A stretch of DNA of 64,000 nucleotides from a virus: positions 8,080-72,079 of the IMG/VR virus record IMGVR_UViG_3300025154_000076. The stretch is one strand, 5' to 3'. The first letter of the stretch is position 1; every line of letters starts with the position of its first letter. The notes beneath the pieces are model-generated. The model ran no database searches. It was given only the letters and a program-made list of their open reading frames with translations, and had not been told where the DNA came from. A program made the translations under genes and the position numbers. Shown piece by piece: positions 20,149 through 30,068 of this stretch.

Positions 20149-20850
20149 TTACCCTCTCTTTACCCCTCTAAATGAGGTTTTCCACATCATATCATAAAAT
20201 TCTTCTTCCGAAAATGCGTTTTCAAAATCCCTTAAATCTTTTGCAGATATAGCATACGTCTGATAATCAGATTGTTTCCTTGTAACTCGCCATACAACGA
20301 AATCTTTTATTGCTCTAACCCCTTGTATTGGAATAACGGATTCAGCCGACATATTAACTCCTGAGCTAATGTATTGTACTAATACCTCGCTTACATCATC
20401 TCCATTAATTACAAATCTTCGATTAGCTTCATCAACAGTAAAATAATTTGTATTAACCCCTCCTCTTGTGCCTAAATTAGCAGATATATCTTTTTCTATG
20501 GTTGTATTCTCCCCCCTGGTTGTACTTAATGTATCCTGACCCTCTATTGTTCCTTCAGGTATGATAATCTTATTGTCCCTTGTGAAAGTCCATAATCTGC
20601 CATTAGAATTGATTCCTATGGCTAACCATTTAACTAAATCTGTTGGCCATGCAACCGTACCTAATGAATCAGATACATCAATCCATTCTTGCTTGAATTT
20701 ATTGAAGTGGTATAAATTAAGTTCTCTCAACCCTCCTACAGCAATTTGTAGATACTTGTTTCTGAATTTCTTATGCTGTGCTGCACCCAATTCATTTATT
20801 AAATCGTTTACGACATAACTAAGATTAACGTATGCTGTGCTGTCTGCCAT
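20149..20850 (-). CDS. tail ring / head-tail adaptor protein
   Basis: 233 aa, position and size of crAss-like ring proteins. Confidence 0.55.
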   Translation of the reverse strand: MADSTAYVNLSYVVNDLINELGAAQHKKFRNKYLQIAVGGLRELNLYHFNKFKQEWIDVSDSLGTVAWPTDLVKWLAIGINSNGRLWTFTRDNKIIIPEGTIEGQDTLSTTRGENTTIEKDISANLGTRGGVNTNYFTVDEANRRFVINGDDVSEVLVQYISSGVNMSAESVIPIQGVRAIKDFVVWRVTRKQSDYQTYAISAKDLRDFENAFSEEEFYDMMWKTSFRGVKRG

Positions 20851-20852
20851 GA

Positions 20853-21449
20853 TTATGTTTGATTATCCTGATTATTGTCAATTAAAATGTCCTGTGGTTT
20901 ACCTTCGAGAAATTCACCTACCAATTGAATTAATGTTTGATCCATACCTCCCGGAATATATATTTCATCCGTATCATCATACTCATCAAAAGATACCACC
21001 ATTACAAGTATTATCCCTGCTGCCTTATGAGCTGCGCTTAACTCCTCTAATTCTATTTTGGAACCCTTTATTATGTATGTAGTTCCTCTTTCTGTAATAC
21101 TATCAAAATCAAGTCCGTTCAATACAGACCGTTCTGATATAGATACCCTATGATATACATTTTCTGTATCCTGCTTTGGTCTTACATCTCTTATGTGTTC
21201 GTTATAAGGGAGCAACACCGAACTTGCCGGAAGTAAGAAGTAAACTATGCTTGTATTTGTATCTGTAAGCAAATCGCCTGTTTCAATGAAATATTCTTTA
21301 GCACAAGCATCTAATTCATCAGGATTATCCCTATATGTTTGTTTCAATATTTGATTCCATGCTCTTGAAATATTGGCAGAGATAAGTTCAGGATGATGTT
21401 TATTGCCAAACCTTCTGTTTAATAGTTCTATTAAAACTTCTTTTGTCAT
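20853..21449 (-). CDS. tail ring / adaptor protein
   Basis: 198 aa, coupled with neighbours. Confidence 0.55.
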   Translation of the reverse strand: MTKEVLIELLNRRFGNKHHPELISANISRAWNQILKQTYRDNPDELDACAKEYFIETGDLLTDTNTSIVYFLLPASSVLLPYNEHIRDVRPKQDTENVYHRVSISERSVLNGLDFDSITERGTTYIIKGSKIELEELSAAHKAAGIILVMVVSFDEYDDTDEIYIPGGMDQTLIQLVGEFLEGKPQDILIDNNQDNQT

Positions 21450-22315
21450 GATTCTTGCAATTTTTGGTTATAGTATGCCAATAATTCTTCTTTGGTAAGG
21501 TTAATACCCATCATCCTTAAAATCTTATCTGCAATAATTAATTTGTCATCATCTCTCCAACCCATTTCTACCGTTGTTGAATCAACTACAGTTCCAGCAC
21601 TTTCACCCAATGAACCTTCTTCTCCTGTAGTTAATAAATGAGAATAACTCTCGTTATATTCCCAATCATCATTAATAGAAGGTGGTGTGGTGATATTGCC
21701 ATCTGTTTTTGCTGTGTAATAATGGGTTCCATATTTTACAACATCTCCGGTATTATATGTTGTGCCGGAAGCCCATGTATCAATATCAGATGGATCGCTA
21801 AAATATATCTCCCTGTAATTTGCATCAATATAATAATCAAGATTAGGAGTTGTATGAGATTTTACATAGCTAAACTTTGCACTACCAATAGTCTTTGGTT
21901 CAAAATAAAAATAATCACCAACTAATTTAACAATAGGATGTTTTACAGTAGGTTTCTCTATAACAGAAGCCATTCTTCTATTAAACTCTTTGTCTGTTAC
22001 TAAATAAATTTCTCTATGATAATTTACAGAACTTACTGTTTGTGTATAATACACTTGTCCACCATAAACATAATCAGCAGGAATATCAGCAATACCTGTA
22101 CCTGATGCTATTGCTAATGCAGTATCAAATACTTTAAGATGTTTAATACTGTTTGTTACTTCAAGGTTAGCTTCGTATTTTTCTCTTAAATCTCTGTAAA
22201 ATTCAAGATTACCTACCTGTAACATAGTATTAAAATCTTCAATAGGTAGAGTAGCACCTGATTGATCTTTGTTACTTATGAACTCAATGTATTTTTTTAC
22301 TTCTTCGTTAGTCAT
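21446..22315 (-). CDS. tail ring / tubular protein A-like with CBM5/12-like insert
   Basis: NKDQSG, IPADY...YFEP...SYVK ring-protein pattern; TWASGTTYNTGDVVKYGTHYYTAK...PP...W insert. Confidence 0.6.
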   Translation of the reverse strand: MTNEEVKKYIEFISNKDQSGATLPIEDFNTMLQVGNLEFYRDLREKYEANLEVTNSIKHLKVFDTALAIASGTGIADIPADYVYGGQVYYTQTVSSVNYHREIYLVTDKEFNRRMASVIEKPTVKHPIVKLVGDYFYFEPKTIGSAKFSYVKSHTTPNLDYYIDANYREIYFSDPSDIDTWASGTTYNTGDVVKYGTHYYTAKTDGNITTPPSINDDWEYNESYSHLLTTGEEGSLGESAGTVVDSTTVEMGWRDDDKLIIADKILRMMGINLTKEELLAYYNQKLQES

Positions 22316-22330
22316 TATTTTTTGAACCCC

Positions 22331-22747
22331 TTATTTTTTGTCAAAAATGATTATTGGTCTTAATAACTTAATTAACATTGGTGAAAAATTCAAAGTTACA
22401 TCCGATGGGTGTTTTAAATTGTTTAACTCGGAATACTTAATCTTATCTGATTCCTTAATTTCAACCCCCGAAGGACTTTCTCCAAAACTTTCAAACCTTT
22501 TTACTCTTTCATCCATTTTTTCACCCTCTATCTTTTCTTTGGCAAGTTTTGTGTGTGCCTTGATAACAGGCTCAATAGCATCAGAAATACGCATTAGCTT
22601 TAAGGTAATGCTGCCATCCTTTGACTGGTCAAAATACTGCATTAGTCCGGTTAATGATACCCCACCATCACCTCTTGGTTGTGTTCCTAAAAATCCTGTG
22701 TTAAGTTCAAAGATTTCATTGTTTGTTAATGTTTCTTTTTCTTTCAT
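22331..22747 (-). CDS. hypothetical protein (possible fibre chaperone)
   Basis: 138-aa ORF. Confidence 0.5.
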   Translation of the reverse strand: MKEKETLTNNEIFELNTGFLGTQPRGDGGVSLTGLMQYFDQSKDGSITLKLMRISDAIEPVIKAHTKLAKEKIEGEKMDERVKRFESFGESPSGVEIKESDKIKYSELNNLKHPSDVTLNFSPMLIKLLRPIIIFDKK

Positions 22748-22859
22748 TGTTTGTTTGTGTTTTATGTGTGTTATTTAATAAGTTAAAGATAGTGAATTTT
22801 CAACTATTTTTTGCTTAACTCTATTTTCAACCCTTGTACTTCCTTTTCTAATTATAGTA

Positions 22860-23783
22860 TTAATTAATTTTTATAACGTAGTAATTAATAGTAGCCCCTT
22901 CGTCAACAGACACATAAAAGTCAGAATCAAATTCTCCAATACCATTAAACATATAATCCGAATTTGCATAATATTCTTCAAAACCGGTTGCTGTTACTTT
23001 CATAACTTTATTAGGATTTGAAGGATTACTATATGTATTATCATATAGCATAATAAATAAATCAGACCCAAAAAATAACATATCTGAAATATCAAATCTT
23101 TGATCTGTGCCTGTAGCGTAAGTAACCCATGAACTACCAGATGTCCATCTATATACTACAGGATAATCTGAATCAGCAAATGAATGTCCGTAATAAATAT
23201 ACGTACCATCACTTGCCACTTGCCTTGAATTATTACCATCATTAACTATTTGAGTTGTATATGAATCAACACCGTTCCACTTAAATAATCCTCCATCATG
23301 TACACAATATAAGTATCCGTCATGTACTACCAATTTAGCAATACTTCCGCTTCCTATGCTTGAAGATACTGATGTTAAGGTATCTACGCCATTCCACTGA
23401 TAGAGAGTACCATCTTTTAAACAAGTATAAAGACTTCCATCAAATAAAACTAAGCATTGTCCAGGGCCTGATGCTATAGTCCCCACCGTTTCCCATGCGT
23501 TAACATCATTCCATTTACATAAACATGTAGCTGAATTAGATGATATTATTGCATATAATCCCCCAAAAGCTGGTAATAACCCATTATTAAGTACCCTATA
23601 TGTAGTTCCTATACTGGAAGTTTTAGCTACCCAACTATTTCCATTTAATTCATATAATATTCCATTATCTCCTGAACAATAAAACTTACTATTATATTCT
23701 GCAAATGATGTAATATATCTATCTATTGATTCCGATATCCAATATGATTTTTGTCCATAATATGTATATAAATATCCAAGCAT
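22860..23783 (-). CDS. beta-propeller-like tail/receptor-binding protein
   Basis: repeated blades (FDGSLY...LYQWNG, HDGYLY...LFKWNG). Confidence 0.55.
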   Translation of the reverse strand: MLGYLYTYYGQKSYWISESIDRYITSFAEYNSKFYCSGDNGILYELNGNSWVAKTSSIGTTYRVLNNGLLPAFGGLYAIISSNSATCLCKWNDVNAWETVGTIASGPGQCLVLFDGSLYTCLKDGTLYQWNGVDTLTSVSSSIGSGSIAKLVVHDGYLYCVHDGGLFKWNGVDSYTTQIVNDGNNSRQVASDGTYIYYGHSFADSDYPVVYRWTSGSSWVTYATGTDQRFDISDMLFFGSDLFIMLYDNTYSNPSNPNKVMKVTATGFEEYYANSDYMFNGIGEFDSDFYVSVDEGATINYYVIKIN

Positions 23784-23786
23784 AAT

Positions 23787-26700
23787 CTAAGAATGTGAGC
23801 CTAAAGCACAATGTAATTTACCATCATACATAATACCTGTTACAATATTAATAGAATTATATGATGTTAAAATTGTTTCATTAGAACCGTTAATAAAATT
23901 AAATTCATCTGCACTAAAAATAACTGTATAAGAAGCTGCTGCTGCCTGTTTAATTATAATAGTACAAGCTGTTCCATTTTGCACATTGGTAAATACCCAA
24001 TCAGTTATATTTTCTGTTAATTGTAAAAACTGAACTTGTCCATTGTTCCAGTTTACTGAAACTATACCTGATGAACTACCAATACTTGAACTATATGGTG
24101 TAATTATTTGACCTCCTGTTACGGTAAGATTTCCTGTAAAGGTATCTGTGGCATTGAGAAGATAAACCCCTGAATGTGTATGGTCGCCATAAGCTGCTGT
24201 GGTGTGGTCTGTACCAAAACCCGGGAAACCATCTTTATCAGAATTGGCTTCAATAGCTGCTATATGTGCTGCTGTGGCATATCCTGTTTGAGCATTTGTA
24301 GCTGCCCTGAAACTTATCTCTTGTGTACTTAAGCTTAAACCCCCTGTTGTGGCACTTGCATTAAGGGTTACTGCATTATGTATAGCTGCATAGGCTGCAT
24401 TCCATTGGGTAGATGTTCCTGATGTGGCTGTTATAACTCCGTTGACATCTAAAGATGTTACTGTTAAAGTAGAATCTACTGTTAAATTAGTAAATTGTCC
24501 ATTACTCCAAGTTAACGCAGCACTACCTACTACTCCTGTATTATCTGTTGTTGGATACAAATTATTAACTGTTAGATTATTCAATACTTTTACTGCTCCT
24601 GTAAAATAACTGTCAGCAGTTGAAGCGGAATATATCGCATAAGAGTTAGTAGTACCATAATCGAATCCAGTATCTATGTAAATACCATATAAATTAGTTA
24701 CTGGTCCAGTTCCATCATTATTAATCCTTAATCCATAAGCGGTAGTTATCGTAGCAACATTATTAGTTTGTACCAGTGCATTTATAGCAGCCATTTCATT
24801 AATAGTCTGAGAAGCATTTGTACCTGTATGGCTTACACTAAAATCTCCTCCATACATAAGTACACTAACAGAATTAGTTCCTGACCCTTCTAAATTACAA
24901 TACCCACCTATTCCGAAAACAGAAGCAACATCTCCAGAAGAACCATCTAAAGTAATATAACCGTATATATTTCTTGCTTGAGAAGTTTGGTGTGATATAT
25001 TTAAGTCTGAACGTAATCCAGTATGCACATATGCACCAGCAATACTTGTATTTAGACTAAGATACATTAAATCATTACCTGTACCTGATGCTAGGTCTTT
25101 TACATAAAGAGTACTATTACTGTAATAAAATTCAGAGGTGGCGGTTAAAAGATTGATATCCCCCCACAAAGCTACTCTAGTACTAGCACCACTACCAGTA
25201 GTATAAACCCCTGAATGTGTATGGTCGCCATAAGCTGCCGTGGTGTGGTCTGTACCAAAACCCGGGAAACCATCTTTATCAGAATTGGCTTCAATAGCTG
25301 CTATATGTGCTGCTGTGGCATATCCTGTTTGAGCATTTGTAGCTGCCCTGAAACTTATCTCTTGTGTACTTAAGCTTAAACCCCCTGTTGTGGCACTTGC
25401 ATTAAGGGTTACTGCATTATGTATAGCTGCATAGGCTGCATTCCATTCAGTTTGTTTAGCTGTTGTAGGGATTGCATACCCTGCTGTAAATGTAACCGCT
25501 AAAGTACCTGATGAAGTAATAGGGTTTCCCGCTACCGTTAAACCAGTAGGTACACTCATATCAACACTTGTTACCGTACCTAAAGTTGTTGAATAGCCAT
25601 AACTTACTATTTGGTTATCAATGGCTGCCGAAGTCATTAATGAAGTGTCGTCATCAACAAAAGTTGTATTTACTGATAATATGCCCGAACTACCAGTTAT
25701 AATTGAATATGTTCCTGCACCATCGGTTTTCATCAATCCTGCTGTTGCAAAATCACCATCCACCAATACATCAGCATGAGAAGTTTCATAGGTGTCAACC
25801 CCTGATTCAAAGTCTGAAACATCAGCATGAGTTATGGCTGCCCAAGCAGGGTTATTGCTTGTACCTGAATTTTTTAGATAATAGTTTGTTCCTGTTGACT
25901 TTGCTAACCTTGTAGGTGTATTTGCTGCACTCGCATAAATTATATCTCCCTGAGTAGTTAAAACACTTTGTAAACTTGCTCCCCAACCTAGTGCTGTAGC
26001 TACACTATTCATAATTAACCCTTGATATGATGTACCTTTAGCAAGCCTTGTAGGTGTATTTGCTGCACTCGCATAAATTATATCTCCCTGAGTAGTTAAA
26101 ACACTTTGTAAACTTGCTCCCCAACCTAGTGCTGTAGCTACACTATTCATAATTAACCCTTGATATGATGTACCTTTAGCAAGCCTTGTAGGTGTATTTG
26201 CTGCACTCGCATAAATTATATCTCCCTGAGTAGTTAAAACACTTTGTAAACTTGCTCCCCAACCTAGTGCTGTAGCTACACTATTCATAATTAACCCTTG
26301 ATATGATGTACCTTTAGCAAGCCTTGTAGGTGTATTTGCTGCACTCGCATAAATTATATCTCCCTGAGTAGTTAAAACACTTTGTAAACTTGCTCCCCAA
26401 CCTAGTGCTGTAGCTACACTATTCATAATTAACCCTTGATATCCTGTACCTTTAGCAAGCCTTGTCCATGTATCTGTACCATTGGCATAAATAATATCTC
26501 CTGCTACTCCTGATATGGCTGCAAGCGAAGTTAAGGTTGCGTCTAAGGGTTGAGCATAATCAACTATTGCTCCCGAAGTAGAGATATTAGTATCGGAATC
26601 CGTTACACTTGTTTCTATGTTATTTACCGTTGCCCCTGATGCTAAACTTATTCCTCCATCAATATTTACATTTGTTCCATCCCAAAGTAATTTAGCACTT

Positions 26701-27629
26701 GTTTCTGCTCTTACATCAGTAGAATCCCAGAAAAGTAATGCTGTATTAACAGGTGTATCTTCTCTTGTGGCTACCAATTGTAAATTAGCTATTGAAGGTG
26801 ATGTTTCATCTGTTGCTTGTCCAATAGCGAACCCATCTCTTACCTCATCAAATACAAATAAATAATCATCTGATGTACCTCTGTCAACCCTTATACCTGC
26901 TGTTCCTGCTGTTACCCCTGCTCCTGTTTCGCCATAATTCAACATCATGACATTATCTTCTACTAATACAGTTTCTACATTTTGAGTTACGGTAGTGCCA
27001 TTAATAGTTAAATCACCACCAATAACTACATTTTGCACCCATGTAAGGGTATCTTCTGCCTCATTTAACTCCCAATAGTTTACATTTCCTAAATTTATAC
27101 CCATTAATACTGATGTACCTCCATTCCATCCTGATATTGGGTCATCTTCTGTGTAATAAAGGGTTTCATCAAATGTTATTCTTGTAATATTATTTAATAG
27201 GTTTGCATCATTATCAAGTAGTGAAACCCCTCTATTTGTCCATTGTACATATTTTTCAGCACTATTTACATTATCCCTTGCCTTTTCACTTAGCCTGTAT
27301 AAATATACAGGGGAAATAATGGGTGCATCATCATAGGATTCATATACATACGCTATTCTATCTTCATAAGGTGCTGTTGATATTGTATGTTCATGTATAT
27401 CATAAACCCTTACTTCATTTGTTGTTGCATTTATTATTTCTTTTATCTCATAAATATTTCCTACATAATCAACAATATATCCACCAACAGATAATGTATC
27501 AACCCCCATATTTTCAGGTTCACCAAGTTCTTTTGGCATAACCTTACAAACATAATTATATGCTGTTGCATGAGTAGCAACATCCCTGATTATTGTAGTC
27601 CATGAAACGGAAGGTCTATAACTTGACAT
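23787..27629 (-). CDS. tail fibre protein with internal repeats
   Basis: 1280 aa, Thr/Ala/Gly/Ser-rich; GDIIYA...TRLAKG fibre repeats; GDLTINGTTVT...VEDN motif. Confidence 0.85.
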   Translation of the reverse strand: MSSYRPSVSWTTIIRDVATHATAYNYVCKVMPKELGEPENMGVDTLSVGGYIVDYVGNIYEIKEIINATTNEVRVYDIHEHTISTAPYEDRIAYVYESYDDAPIISPVYLYRLSEKARDNVNSAEKYVQWTNRGVSLLDNDANLLNNITRITFDETLYYTEDDPISGWNGGTSVLMGINLGNVNYWELNEAEDTLTWVQNVVIGGDLTINGTTVTQNVETVLVEDNVMMLNYGETGAGVTAGTAGIRVDRGTSDDYLFVFDEVRDGFAIGQATDETSPSIANLQLVATREDTPVNTALLFWDSTDVRAETSAKLLWDGTNVNIDGGISLASGATVNNIETSVTDSDTNISTSGAIVDYAQPLDATLTSLAAISGVAGDIIYANGTDTWTRLAKGTGYQGLIMNSVATALGWGASLQSVLTTQGDIIYASAANTPTRLAKGTSYQGLIMNSVATALGWGASLQSVLTTQGDIIYASAANTPTRLAKGTSYQGLIMNSVATALGWGASLQSVLTTQGDIIYASAANTPTRLAKGTSYQGLIMNSVATALGWGASLQSVLTTQGDIIYASAANTPTRLAKSTGTNYYLKNSGTSNNPAWAAITHADVSDFESGVDTYETSHADVLVDGDFATAGLMKTDGAGTYSIITGSSGILSVNTTFVDDDTSLMTSAAIDNQIVSYGYSTTLGTVTSVDMSVPTGLTVAGNPITSSGTLAVTFTAGYAIPTTAKQTEWNAAYAAIHNAVTLNASATTGGLSLSTQEISFRAATNAQTGYATAAHIAAIEANSDKDGFPGFGTDHTTAAYGDHTHSGVYTTGSGASTRVALWGDINLLTATSEFYYSNSTLYVKDLASGTGNDLMYLSLNTSIAGAYVHTGLRSDLNISHQTSQARNIYGYITLDGSSGDVASVFGIGGYCNLEGSGTNSVSVLMYGGDFSVSHTGTNASQTINEMAAINALVQTNNVATITTAYGLRINNDGTGPVTNLYGIYIDTGFDYGTTNSYAIYSASTADSYFTGAVKVLNNLTVNNLYPTTDNTGVVGSAALTWSNGQFTNLTVDSTLTVTSLDVNGVITATSGTSTQWNAAYAAIHNAVTLNASATTGGLSLSTQEISFRAATNAQTGYATAAHIAAIEANSDKDGFPGFGTDHTTAAYGDHTHSGVYLLNATDTFTGNLTVTGGQIITPYSSSIGSSSGIVSVNWNNGQVQFLQLTENITDWVFTNVQNGTACTIIIKQAAAASYTVIFSADEFNFINGSNETILTSYNSINIVTGIMYDGKLHCALGSHS
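24162..24406. repeat. 245-bp direct repeat, copy 1
   Basis: matches 25203-25447 with one mismatch seen; offset 1041 bp (in frame). Confidence 0.9.
25203..25447. repeat. 245-bp direct repeat, copy 2
   Basis: encodes the duplicated WNAAYAAIHNAV...DHTHSGVY segment. Confidence 0.9.
25908..26465. repeat. 138-bp tandem repeat x4 (46-aa unit)
   Basis: units start at 25908, 26046, 26184, 26322; nearly identical DNA. Confidence 0.95.
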
Positions 27630-27641
27630 ATCTTATAAAAT

Positions 27642-29978
27642 TTACGCTGATGTTGTTGTTGTTGTCGTTGTACTTGTAGTGGTGGTTGTAGTAGTGGTTG
27701 TAGTTACCTCGGTATAAAGGCCTGAAAATGTCATTACTATTTCCAAGGCATACACATCTGTACATAATGCTGTTAATTCAATAGCATTCAAATCACTTGA
27801 ATCATACCATGTAGAATATGCTTGTGTACCTTTTAATGCCTGATACACATTTCCATTACCAAAATTACCATAAGCCTTAACTACCACACTTGCACAATGC
27901 TTTCCTAAATCATGCTGAATAGTTAAATCTGTGGCATTGGAACCCAATCCAAAGCCATAATTAATGGTTGCTGAATCATCTACTGTCCAACCATATTCCT
28001 GTGTAAATGATCGGGTAACAACAGAACCACTTCCGGCTGTTGCCGAAACAACATAAACAGTTGAATTTGCACCTATGGAGCTACTTATCTTACTTGCACT
28101 CCATAATTCCGTTGCACTTGTTCCACTATCATTAATAATTCTGTGTTGCGCAACGCTATAATTATCTAAACTGTCATGGTCTATTTCAGCCTCAACTACA
28201 GATACTACGCTTGTAGTTATATCAATCCCATTACCTTCTGTTAAAGCATCTAATTTAGCATCAAAGGTTTGAAAATCAGTAGAGGTTAAATATCCTGATT
28301 GGGTTGCTGATGCTTCTTGTGTAACAATAGTATGTTGTGCTGCTGTTAAATGATAATATTCACTTGTAGTTCCACCCTGCAAATTATCTAAATTTCCATG
28401 TACTATATCAGCCTCTATCTGTGCTGTTAACACAATATTTGCTATACTTTCAATCCCTGTTGCTGTGAACCTGGCAATCTCTCCTGATGTTCCACCACTT
28501 GCATCATTTACCAATAGAGCATTTGTATTGGCAATACCAAAAGTCAATGAATCTTGTTTGCCATCCAATTGATCTTGTATAAGAGAAGTAACTCCATCAC
28601 AATAATTCAATTCAGCATAAGAAGCTGTTAGATTATTTATAAAAGTATATGCTGTATTCCAATTTGTTTCCTCTGTAGTAGTGGGTATAACATATCCTGA
28701 TGTTAAACTAAATTCTCCTGTTCCATCATTATAAGTAAGTCCTAATGCTGTTGATTCCAGACTTATCAGTTTAATATAATCAGTTAATGCTGTTGCCACA
28801 TAAGAAACAACATAGGCCTTATCTACTAAACTTCTGTCGGTATATGTTCCAGACAAATCACTTCCATAATTTACAATTGCACTAAATGTTCCCCCTAATG
28901 CAGCAGAAACATAATCAGAAAGACTTCCTACAACACTCAATACCCCTGAATTATTTTCAATAGTAGTACCATCAACCAAATCAGCTAAATAGCTTGCTGT
29001 GCCGGCTGATGTCATTTTTACCTTTTCGTCTGTATTGGTGAAAGAAAATTGATTTTCAAATGGCACAATTTCCTCCACCTCAGGATCATCTCCTTCTAAT
29101 ATGGCATAAACTCTTAATGCTGAATCATAAGCATCTGCTAATTCCTGATAGTCCAGACTTAATATGTAATGAATTAATGATGTGCTTAGTTTCATTATGT
29201 TTTCTTCCAGTTCTAACACATTATACCCACTAACCCCTTTTTGTGTATAATATGTAGTTGTATAGGCATACAATAAATCCCTGAGAGCATCCATGTCTAT
29301 ATTATATGCTGTATCGGTGTCTGTTAATGTTTCAACAGAATATATTTGCAACCCATCTGCCATAGTATATAATATGGTGGAGGTAAGTTCTGCTTCGTAT
29401 TCACCGGAATAAATATTAGCTGCATAAGATACAGTAGGGTTTGAACCCATACTTGTTACTGTATTGCTCCCTTCTGCCATTCCTGACCCTGTAGGTGGTG
29501 TTATAGTTAGAACCCTTGATATTGTGGTTGCATAAGCAGATGAAGCATAAGTAGTACTTTCAATACATGAAAAAGTGGAATTATATCCATCAATGGTAAA
29601 CGTTACCGCAAGAGTGGGTTCAGTAAAACTATAAGTATAAGAAACTGATTTTGTATATGTCTGAATAGCATTTACTCCATCTATTACTTGTACTGTATAT
29701 TCAAAGGTATATGTTCCTGCTACTACATAAACTCCATCCAAGGGTAAAACAAAGTCTTTATACATTGTTCCACTTGACCCTACTATATCTGATGAAGCTC
29801 CATAACTTGTATTATTATACATCACCACACTGTTTGCAGCAGTAAGTTTTATATTGCCATATACATAACTTACATTTATCCCTTCACCTGAATAATCTGT
29901 GTTATCCGTAAATCTTACATATTTTGCTGCTACATTAAGATAAAATCTTGGTGTAAAGCTTAAATCAGAATTTTCCAT
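27642..29978 (-). CDS. structural/fibre protein with C-terminal poly-Thr tail
   Basis: 778 aa, Thr/Ser/Tyr-rich, HGNLDNLQGG..EYYHLT fibre motif; ends TTTTTTTTTTSTTTTTTTSA. Confidence 0.7.
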   Translation of the reverse strand: MENSDLSFTPRFYLNVAAKYVRFTDNTDYSGEGINVSYVYGNIKLTAANSVVMYNNTSYGASSDIVGSSGTMYKDFVLPLDGVYVVAGTYTFEYTVQVIDGVNAIQTYTKSVSYTYSFTEPTLAVTFTIDGYNSTFSCIESTTYASSAYATTISRVLTITPPTGSGMAEGSNTVTSMGSNPTVSYAANIYSGEYEAELTSTILYTMADGLQIYSVETLTDTDTAYNIDMDALRDLLYAYTTTYYTQKGVSGYNVLELEENIMKLSTSLIHYILSLDYQELADAYDSALRVYAILEGDDPEVEEIVPFENQFSFTNTDEKVKMTSAGTASYLADLVDGTTIENNSGVLSVVGSLSDYVSAALGGTFSAIVNYGSDLSGTYTDRSLVDKAYVVSYVATALTDYIKLISLESTALGLTYNDGTGEFSLTSGYVIPTTTEETNWNTAYTFINNLTASYAELNYCDGVTSLIQDQLDGKQDSLTFGIANTNALLVNDASGGTSGEIARFTATGIESIANIVLTAQIEADIVHGNLDNLQGGTTSEYYHLTAAQHTIVTQEASATQSGYLTSTDFQTFDAKLDALTEGNGIDITTSVVSVVEAEIDHDSLDNYSVAQHRIINDSGTSATELWSASKISSSIGANSTVYVVSATAGSGSVVTRSFTQEYGWTVDDSATINYGFGLGSNATDLTIQHDLGKHCASVVVKAYGNFGNGNVYQALKGTQAYSTWYDSSDLNAIELTALCTDVYALEIVMTFSGLYTEVTTTTTTTTTTSTTTTTTTSA

Positions 29979-29998
29979 TTGTTTTTATTTCAAATTTA
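29979..29998 (-). promoter_or_regulatory. Bacteroidota-type -7 promoter box plus leader
   Basis: minus-strand TAAATTTG (TAnnTTTG) at 29991-29998; leader GTTAAATTTGAAATAAAAACA is identical to the one before the portal gene. Confidence 0.55.
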
Positions 29999-30011
29999 AC
30001 GAAAATAAATG

Positions 30012-30043
30012 AAAAAAGGCTATGCTCGTAAGCACAGCCTTTC
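30012..30043 (-). terminator. intrinsic terminator
   Basis: AAAGGCTATGCT...AGCACAGCCTTT hairpin with minus-strand T-run after the gene ending at 30069. Confidence 0.6.
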
Positions 30044-30068
30044 CAGAGTGGATGAATAGAAAAAAGGG

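Noticed and set aside
24162-25447. Diversity-generating retroelement TR/VR pair
   Set aside because: Only one mismatch seen, both copies are in frame within one gene, and there is no reverse transcriptase in the window.
25908-26465. CRISPR array
   Set aside because: Units are contiguous 138-bp coding repeats with no unique spacers.
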